A stretch of 57,031 bases of DNA, the filler included, from Sphacelaria rigidula (lineage: Eukaryota), in assembly GCA_964200075.2 (NCBI GenBank). It is 8 parts of 8 records of this genome, joined end to end, with 100 filler letters (N's around TTAATTAATTAA, not from the genome) between each part and the next. Parts side by side here need not be neighbours in the genome. Positions count along the whole stretch, not along the records: positions 42,850 to 49,890 come from CAXNAA020016805.1; positions 49,991 to 57,031 come from CAXNAA020016806.1; 6 more parts are not named here. One strand, given 5' to 3'. The notes under the pieces are model-generated. The model had not been told where the DNA came from. It searched no databases and worked only from the letters and a program-made list of their open reading frames with translations. Below, in pieces: positions 48,004 to 57,031 of the stretch; position 1 is the first letter of the stretch, and each line of letters starts with the position of its first letter. The position numbers and the translations under genes are program-made.

Positions 48004-48109
48004 GTGATCGTGGGCCAGAGCATTGGGTTGCTGATCAGCACGGCCATCCCGGACATCTTCACCGCGCAGTCGCTCTCGTTCGTTTTGATCCTTACTCTCA
48101 TGGTCTTCG
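48004..48109 (+). CDS. Next exon of the ABCG/White-family transporter (probable pseudogene)
   Basis: GAGCAG| acceptor and G|GTGAGT donor; VIVGQSIGLLISTAIPDIFTAQSLSFVLILTLMVFG matches the ABC2 membrane motif QS.GLLIS......A.........M.FGG; in phase with 46706. Confidence 0.85.
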
Positions 48110-49331
48110 GTGAGTTGAGCTGGGATGAGACGGTGACAAGACAGAATACGCGTTTTCTTATCTCGTATTCTTCTGTTTTTTTGTTTTCCATTCCCGTCTC
48201 ATCTTGCCTACATCTTTCCCTTTCCCTATACGTTTTTGTCGTCTTATTTTGGTATTTTCATCCATTTTTGCTGTTTTTGTTCTTTTCTACCGGGTCCGCT
48301 CGTTTTGTGTTTTTCTTCGACATCAGTGATCACATGAGAAGGACGCAACCTTCACGGTTTTTTGACCCCCCCCCCCTCCCCCAATTTATTTGATGATTCC
48401 GCAAGCTATGTTGTGGTTTTGCTCTTGTTTCGTGTGCACATTCGATGCTAGGTGTGCGGAACCGCTGCCATGTCATCACGGCGCAGTCTCCACCCCCCGC
48501 GCTCGTTCTGGGATGTGTCTTCCTTCTTTTTTGTCGTTCGTTCCTCTATTTTATTTCCTTTTGCATGCATTTTTCACCCGCCACGCATTTGGCGTGTTTG
48601 CGAAATTCTACGTTATTTTCAGGCTTATTTATTTTCATTCCTCTTGTCCACTAGTTAGGGCTACACAGCTAAATATGTCTGTGGTGATTGAAATAGCAGC
48701 TATGTTCTCTCTCGGAGTCCTCACAGCCGTTTCTCCTGGCTCGGGCAGCGTCCGAGTATCTACACACACACATATATATATATATATATATGTGTGTATG
48801 CGTTTATCTGGGCAGGAGGGTTGTACAACTGCGATATGGTGGAAAATAACAGTAGCATGCGTCGTCTCTCAACCCACTGACCACGTTTCTTCCCTGTTCG
48901 AAGGGTTTGGGGGCCTGTCTCCCGGAGTATGTCTCTACCTCCCCCTCGTGTTTTCAATTGTCCGTCTATGGCCCACCCAAGAGGGTTCGATATCCAAGGC
49001 GTTGAAATGGCCATCTCGCAATCAAAGGTGGTCAAAATGAACATTTCGTGGGCAAGCGGTTGTCAGTCAATGAGATCTTACTCTTCTTTTCTTAAAGTGG
49101 TCATTGTTCAGCGAGTTAGCTGGTCCACAGTGTGCCGATACGGACGTTTGCAATTCGATTTTGTCAATATGCCCATGCACGGGAGGTTGGAGATCAAAAG
49201 ATCTGACATTCCCGCGGACAAAGAATGATGCATTTTTTGACTAATCACTTTTCACCGCCTTTGCTGCTGCTGTTGTTCCTTGTGCTGTTACTTTTCAGCA
49301 TCAGCGTTTTTCATCTTCTCCCCCCCTCCCC

Positions 49332-49841
49332 CGATGGGGTTGGCGTCGGTTGGCGATGACGCTATAAAACACGCCACTCACTGCGTAAGCAAGGCAACCA
49401 GGTTACCGATTTGTTTTCCGCGCTTGCGTTTTGTTTTGCGGTAACCATGACGATGGTCGAGCTAGATCATGTTGTGCGGCGTAGGAGAACCTCAACTCAG
49501 CACAATGGAGATGATCGTACTACGTAGTGTTGAAATAGTGAGACACCCATGAGGCAGCGCGTAAGGCGTGGCTGTCTCTGGAGGGGCGATACCAGAAACT
49601 GAAGCAGCTTATTGTAGGCCGTCATCCAAATGTAAGATACTCAGTAGGCCTCGGGCCAAGGAATCTTCGCAGGATGCAGATCACCCTTCATGCGACTCGC
49701 CGAACGCATCACGGCGCTTCGCGCTTGGTGATTGAGTGCGAGACTGGTCCGCCGAAAACCCGGCGTGCTCCGTCCCGGCTGATGCGAGATCAATAGTCTT
49801 ATGGCTATGGCATGCATTATCATGAGTAACCCCCCCCCCCC
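49332..49841 (+). mobile_element. Full-length ~500-bp poly(C)-ended SINE-like element
   Basis: Head GATGGGGTTGGCGTCGGTTGGCGATGACGC; tail ...GGCATGCATTATCATGAGTAA followed by C12; C-rich flanks; a second truncated copy starts at ~49849. Confidence 0.9.
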
Positions 49842-52800
49842 TCCTCCCGGTGAGCACCCATGAGGCAGTGTAAAAGCTGTGGCTGTCCCTNNNNNNNNNN
49901 NNNNNNNNNNNNNNNNNNNNNNNNNNNNNNNNNNTTAATTAATTAANNNNNNNNNNNNNNNNNNNNNNNNNNNNNNNNNNNNNNNNNNNNGGTACAGCAC
50001 TATTGAGTTGAGACAGTTGAGGGTTGTACTACTACTGTACTGTTGCACTGTCTGTAGACAGTTTTGTATACTTTCGGTAGGAAGTGTTCTGTACTGTACC
50101 ACTCAGACTGTCTGTAGTACTGTACTACTGTTGTCTGTAGTACAAGTGTGCACATGCCTATGTGTGTCCGTTTGCATACTTTGAAAAATTACAGTAGTTC
50201 TCGATAAAGGTTCACCACACGCAGTAATCCTAGCTGCGTGAAGGCGAGAGGGGGAACAGAGACACCTGTCGACCTGGCTGAAGATGACGTGGATGGCCTG
50301 AAGTGGGCCACCCATGCAGCCACTACGGGGATCTCGACAAAATGGCCACCCAACGGTGGTGTAACTGCGCGAGCTGACGCAAGCTTCACGTTGGGTTGCC
50401 ATTTCTTCAAGTCCTCATCGCAGCTGCTTGAGCGGCCGACTCCCGCCCTTTCGCATCATCATAAGCCAGGTCGACTGGTGTCTCGGCTCCCCCGTTCGCT
50501 TCCAAGTATTCCTCGTACAGATAGGTATATGCCATCACCAGTGCTGTCGCGGGCGTTCACGACATCCGGCACCGCCTCACTTATGATATTGTCCTACGGC
50601 TGTGTTCTGTAACATTGGTCGTTATCGGGCAGGGTGTCTAGTTCCGTTTCATAGCCCTGAGTTTGGCATCAAAGCTTTAAGCTTTGGGGTGTCTAGCAAC
50701 TCGTTTTTTTTTTTCAAATTGAAAATTAATCCTGAGTTGCTGCGCATGTCTCTTTTCAGGGTTCAGTTTTCGGGGTTTACCTAGGGGAATTCGTCATATC
50801 CTAGCCTTGAATCCCAACTTTCTTGATAATCCCTGAGTTTTCCCTCATCCCTGAGTTCTGATTTTTGTTTCCGAAATGTTCGATAGCATCTTTCATGTCC
50901 CCCACCTCTTTCCACAGACTCGACGATACCTCTCCTACACACGATCATCTGAGAAAGTTCTGCTTGCTCCACGTACCAAAGACACATAGCTGCTGGCGCC
51001 TTCCAATTTTGCAGTGACCGACCCGTCGCCGTGAAATGATCAGCTGAAGAAAAGGCGTGGACTCGGTTAGCATATACCGGACTTTTGTGCTCGGCTGTCA
51101 GCACAAGCTAGTAAAAATCTACACATTGGTGTGAAGCGGCAGTACACATTAGGCAGTACAACACGAGTCCTACGCGATCGCTTTCCGGATCCCAGCAGTG
51201 GAACACGAGGTCCAAATCTGGTACAGTTCCAGATCTCCCGTCCTTACTGTGGATACTACATCCATAGCCTTATTTCGCGCTTGGTCGGGGTAATCGGGTC
51301 GGAATTCGTTGAGAACGCAGCTATGAGGGTACCCCACATGCGTGCGGTATGCGTGTGTAGATCTGGCAATATGCATGCAGCATGCATGCTAGCCAGTGTA
51401 ATCGTGGCCAAACATACCGACATGGGAATCATGTGCTACACCTCCCGTGTGACGAGTAACCACATAAGGGGCCCTTGACTTTATTCCACAACAGCCCAAA
51501 CGCCGCAGTTGAAAGTCCTGAGCACGAAAAGGCCCCTCATACGAAACTTGCGGCGCGCAGACTATTCTTGGGGTGAGGATTGCGAGGATTGCGAGGATGA
51601 CACTTCCATCATCATCTCTCCAAGAAATGAAAGTTCCAAAGGTTTGGAGATGAGTGGTCCTCGCCACCGATCTGCGATCGCGATGGGAAGGGCACCAGAA
51701 CGGGTCTGTCGGAAAAAACTGTTCCGAGTTGAGGCCTTGCAATCACGGAGTTCACAATATCTTACGAAACTGAAGCAGCAAGACTCTCGTAGGTGCAGGG
51801 GTGCACATTTTGTTTGAGAACTGGTTATCGCCAATGTTGCCCTGTACTGCGATTGCGATGGAACCAGGCAACAACACGGGTCCGTCAGATATACTTTTGT
51901 TCGAAGACGAGGCCTCGCCGTTGCTTATGGTCAGCAAACAGTCAGTTGTCGTATCTAAGGAGTATTACTTCGCTACCTCGTACACAAAAAGTTGCATTCG
52001 TTCAGCATTTGGTTCACGTTTGAGCTTAAAGAGGAGAGAGACAGACTCGTCTGAAGTAGTACAAGTTAAAACACCGTATTTTCGATTGATGGCGATATTT
52101 TTAGGATTTTTGGCTACCACGACTCTTGTCACGGTTTCTGGTTGTCATCAAACTTCGGGAATTGAGAGACATGAGTACCCGACACAATTTTGGACAAAAC
52201 AAATGCTCTCGTCAATTTTGAACGAGCAACAACACTCGTATGACCAATTTTCGGACGAGCAAAAAAATTCCCATCACCAATGGTGAACGAGATACGGGCT
52301 CACGCATGGTTGGGGGTCCTACGAGTGTACATCCCCCGGTCCTCGCTCTTTGATACTTTCGTTGGACTGAAGCGATCCGGTTCGATATGATTGACGATTC
52401 AATTGTTAATTTTGTTTATACTCTAGAGATTCAGGTCGCTTCTTATAGACTGAAAAAATTCATCAACAAAAGTTCAGGCGGTCTACTTTTCGTTCTTCAG
52501 AGAAGTCAGTTTTCAAAGCCCAACCTGTTAGTCCATGAAAACATTCGGGGATTTGGTACACCCAATGCCATCATCTAGCCTGCGTGCAGACGGTGGTGGT
52601 GATCATCATTTGTATTTTGCGCTTGAACACATAATCTCGTCCAGGTGCAGGATAGATGGAATGGCAACATAACACACATGCACACAAACACACACATAGT
52701 AGCTGCTGGTATATTAGGCATCAAAACGACAGGCGTATCAACCCCTTACTCAAGCCGACCGCCGCTTGTTACAGTAGTAGTGTCGCAAGCGGTGCAGTGG

Positions 52801-53159
52801 GCAGCAGTACGGTTTCCGCCATGTCGCAGGCAATAAACTCTCGTGACACTCAGTAGTGCGGTAGCAACAGTCTTCGTACACAGAATGCTACAGAGTGCAC
52901 GATCGGTGGCTGGCACGACGGGTATAAAACGATACGAGCAGTCAGCCAGTAGGGGCTATACCGTTATATTTTATAGTAGGAAAGTTGCCAGCGAAAAAGC
53001 TGTGTAATGACTGTCCCTTGTCCTACGATCATGAGGATGATGCACGGAGTGCTGCAGCAGCTATGCTGCTGCTACGGTATTGTACATACAACATGCAAAC
53101 CTGCTTTTGCACTGACTGTACTCCGCTTCTATGCGAGGAGTGTGTGACGGAGCACCACT

Positions 53160-53936
53160 TCTCAGACAGTTTGATCTCATTGAAAATCGACCGCTTTTCT
53201 CGTCCAGATTTAGCAAAATCTCGCTAACTCAAAAAGTCTCGCAGTTTCCATAGATTTTTTTCATGAAAAATTCTCCTTTAAAGGCCGTGCCCTACAGCAG
53301 GCAAGAACATATTCCCAGAAAAGTGAAAAATGCCTTTTTGGAGCTTTTACGTCGTTATACGCCCTGAAGGAGAACTGGGCGGATTTTGACACCTCGGAAT
53401 GCTGAGACGAGACTGTTCCGGCATACCTATGCGTTTTGCCGATCGCCACAACAGTTGTTTTCTCACCCAAACTTGCATTTTTTCTCGGAAACCGGTCAAG
53501 TCCAGACAAATCTCGGAAATATTTGTGAACTTGACAGGTCTCCGAAAAATGAGCGGTTTCTGAAGAAAATGCAACTTTCGGTAAGAAAAAAACTGCGGCC
53601 ACCGGAAGAACCCACAGGCGTGCTGGAACCGTCTAAACGAGAACAGCAAGGCACTCCATGGTGTCGAATCCGCCCAACGACGTAAAAGCTTCACAAAGGC
53701 ACACTTTTCTAGATTTTTATTTGTCTACTATAGTGCGAAACGGCTCAAGGTCGCGTTCTGAGAAGCGTCCCCAGGAACTGACCAAGACGACTTTTCTTAG
53801 TGACTTTTTTCAAACTTCACGTCATACAGCAAGCGGCCTCATCACGCTACAGCAAAAAAAACGTTTTTTTTTTTCTCATGTGCGGTCAATAACACCCCTT
53901 CGATGAACGGGGGTTCGACTCCATATCCATCTGAGA
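53160..53936. mobile_element. Diverged foldback (long inverted repeat) element
   Basis: Symmetric blocks include AGCTTTTACGTCGTT (53342) / AACGACGTAAAAGCT (53676) and GGGCGGATTTTGACACC / GGTGTCGAATCCGCCC; the right arm is similar to 56025-56200. Confidence 0.7.
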
Positions 53937-55687
53937 AAACAAAATTGGGAATGTTTCTCGAGCATGACCCGCTGATTATGTCAATGTCTACCGACCCTCA
54001 AACTTCCGAGTGAAGATGAAAAGTCATCTGCGAAAAAGTCCCTATTGGGTGGGTAAAAGTTTAAACTTGTACCAATACTGTTGTGCAGCACTCCTCCTAG
54101 CGTTTTCTCCGTATGTCCTGTACTGTACTATTATAACTACGATGACTGTTCAAATGAAGTTGCTGAAATGTCTGTACATGGCAGCAGGCGGCATTCATTG
54201 CTGCGCAGTAGATTATACATCGTCTAGAGAGACAAAGAAGTGATAATGACATTGAGCATTGGCTCTCATTGCCCTAACCGCTGCAGCAAGCGCCATCGTG
54301 CACGCCGCAGTGAGTTGAACCTTTTGTAGACTGTGTTCAACTTGTGTTGGCATATCACGTGACTTCTTTCTGGACTTTTGCATATGTATTCAGACCCGCG
54401 TTCACCCGTGGTGGTTTCAATTTCGCCACCTCTCCTCCGCAACAGCTTTCATGTTAAAGAACTGAAGAGCCATCATTAGAGGCAAATGGCTCTTGTTGCT
54501 TCCAACGTTTCCCCCGACTGCCGTGTCTCCAATATTATTGCCTATCATACCAGTACAACAGTAGAGTACCAGGAAGAGGGATGATTTATGGGCACTCTTT
54601 TGTTATCGTTGAGACGGGTCTGCGAATAGAGAACTGTAAGCGGATGTGAGATTACCCAATGACCAAGTGCTAATGCAGTACTATACTGTACTCAAACTAT
54701 ACCAGCCTCCCTGTCAAAGTGACAGTGTGGTGGTGCTTCTGGTACCATGTCCGGTGCTGGTTCCAAGAGGCTGGGAGCCTATTCCTGTGAAAACATGGAT
54801 ACGGATGCATGTAGGAGGTGGTGCCGGAAAGATGAACCGCGGTTCTGTGTTACCGACGTCGTTGTTTGTGTTGTGTTTTGTGTTTAGTGTTTAGCGTTCT
54901 TATTTGGAGTAAACTTGACGGCACATGCACGATCGCAAAGGCAACGTTTCCCTTCTTGGAGGGTGTCGGACACACACAAGAAAAGTCGTAAGACTGTTTA
55001 TCATGGCAGCCATAAATCCCCGTCCCCAAATATAGCGAGGTCCTACACAAAATCTCGAAACACGAGTACCAAACATGTGGCAGTCGGTGGCCTGCAAAAT
55101 ACTGTTCCGAATTCCGGCCGGTCTGACTCATCGATCGCCCCGGCTCACCTCGATACAAGTTAGGGAAATGAAGAGAAATGTGAGGAGGAAGGGCGGAAGA
55201 AAGTAAGTTGAGAACACTGACGGCAAAAAATGTCTTTGAGTAGTACAGAGCATTTGCAATTAGGGGAGTGAAAGAACGTTCTGGTGGGGTTTCTTTGATC
55301 ATTTCAGGAATATACACGATATAATATACACGTTGCACGTGCCACAGCCTCACACGTCACGTTCACCTTACGTTTTGGCCGAAACGTACCGTGAAGGTTA
55401 ATTCTTTTTTACGTGACAAACGCAACGTAACGCGAACGTTTAATTGCCCGAACGTTGAAAACACGTAATATGAAACGTTTCATGTAACGTCTAACGTCTA
55501 CGTGTATCACACGCTACATGAAGCGATGACTCTTCAAGTCTGCGATGAATTTTCAAATCATGGAAGAGTCTGCCTCAGGATCACGTACACGGTAACGTCA
55601 CTCGTTACGATCGTACACGACACGTTACAACGCCTTGAACACTGGGAAAGGAGCCGCGACATGCACAGAAAAATTCCGGGGGGAAAG

Positions 55688-56217
55688 AAACAGATCTCAG
55701 GGATCAGCGGGAAACGACGAGATTGTTTACGTTCAAGCCCGCTGCTTATAATAGACACGAAAACAAATGTAGGGGGATGCCTTCGTGGAAGAGAGCTAGG
55801 CGGAGTTTGATACTACTGTACCTTGGAATGACTTGCTGTATCTATTAGTTGAGGCGGCTCCAGGACATTTTCCCGTTTTCCGGTGCCCACAGTTTTCACT
55901 GTGGCTAAACAAGAATTTCTCTCCAAGAACGGTGAAAAACAGTCTAGCCCAGAGGAAAGTTCGATTTTTTCTATATTTGACTATTTTTACCGTTCGTGGA
56001 GAAAAATTCTTGTTTAGCCAAAATGAAAACTGCGGCCACCAAAAAACGGGAAGATGTCCTGGAACCGCCTCAACTGGTGAAGCAAGTTATTCCAAGGTGT
56101 CAAACTCCGCCTAGGTCTCTTCTGGGACGTGAAACGACGTAAAATCTGCAAAAAAGAACTTTTCCAGATTTTTTTCTTGTCTGCTATAAGGAGCGGCCGA
56201 AACCTCAGATCTGTTTC
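55688..56217. mobile_element. Foldback element with well-paired long arms
   Basis: 55796-55944 pairs with 55979-56114 around a ~33-nt loop; outer blocks 55739-55764 / 56172-56197 and 55688-55702 / 56202-56217 also pair. Confidence 0.85.
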
Positions 56218-56855
56218 CGTTTTTTCCACCACGTGGGTGTGGACCGTGGCCAACTTTTCAGGGTTTGGTATTTTCTGTTCCGAATGCCACGTGTTCGGTG
56301 TCATGAGTTGAAGAGGTGGCAAGTTGCGCCGTGCTGTTCTCCCTTTGTACTCTGCGCATATCCTCGTGCGGTGCTTACCGTACAGCGCGGAAGAGCATGT
56401 ACAGAGCCGTGCTACGATAGGTTGGGTGTTTGATTGCAAGACCAAAGGACTCATGAGTGTTTCGAACAACCTGATACACTCACCGTGCGCTTGTATTTAT
56501 AACCCAGTGGGTGCATTTCGGCTTAAAGCACACAACTCAAAAATGGCGAACACGCTCCGGCCTTGTAGTTAGTGTGAAGGTAATATAAAAAATAGTCGTT
56601 CGTTTGTTTTTGTTCTCCAAGGAGGACGTTAGGGTCACTATAATAGTTCTCCTGTATGCGTTCGTCGAGCAGGAGATACTCAAAAGTACATACTCTACTC
56701 GGCATGCCCTTGAACTCTACCCTACCGTCCGCGAGGCAGAAAAATTATATGTTCACCCGGGTGCATCATCGACATCTGTGCAACCTAGGTATATGGCAAG
56801 AACACTTGTGTCTGGTCAGGTCCGCATGACCACCCCGACCGTGATGACCTGGAGC

Positions 56856-57031
56856 CAGGGTTGCACATCGTACATCGATAGTCGATACGATTTCGATAAG
56901 TATCGGTGACATGCCATATCAGTATCGGAGCGTAGAAAACCGATATATGTGATATGTATCGAATCAAGGGGCCCTACAGACTGGAAAACGGTGTTCACCC
57001 CCCCAATTTCCCGAAAACCTCATTCTGGGCG
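56856..57031. mobile_element. Possible hAT-like MITE left end, cut by the window end
   Basis: CAGGGTTG start followed by dense ATCG/CGAT subterminal motifs; no partner TIR visible. Confidence 0.3.

Noticed and set aside
7043-49990. Regularly spaced TTAATTAATTAA as a biological periodic element or array
   Set aside because: It is embedded in exactly 44+44 Ns each time, so it is a synthetic linker
50950-52000. Gene or transposase in contig 8
   Set aside because: Several short protein-like stretches on both strands, but none could be assigned to a family or joined in frame

Overview
This window is eukaryotic and repeat-rich, not a prokaryotic locus. Short spliced exons, long TE-filled introns and frequent poly-C/G runs suggest a brown alga or related stramenopile (inference). 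It is also not one continuous locus: eight contigs of 7042, 7042, 7042, 7041, 7041, 7041, 7041 and 7041 bp are joined by an artificial 100-bp linker (N44-TTAATTAATTAA-N44), so gene order across linkers means nothing. Host gene pieces are: a ~2.5-kb low-complexity K/A/S-rich exon (contig 1), a 3-exon piece of an uncharacterised protein (contig 2), two 3' exons of a WW-like-domain protein (contig 6), and two ABCG/White-type membrane-domain exons carrying an in-frame stop (contig 7). The rest is mostly transposon debris: two decayed copies of one APE-RT LINE family, an RTE 3' fragment, four Sola2-like MITEs with exact 4-bp TSDs, a 1.7-kb element with 8-bp TSDs, MITEs nested in a LINE, two foldback elements and a probable MULE fossil. 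The most interesting signal is a LINE/SINE pair. The LINE ORF runs almost to its 3' end and finishes in a poly(C) run rather than poly(A). A ~500-bp element with a tRNA-like head shares that 3' end. Both sit in C/G homopolymer tracts, and one copy has an 18-bp duplication containing G8. Most ORFs in the supplied track are shadows or noise.
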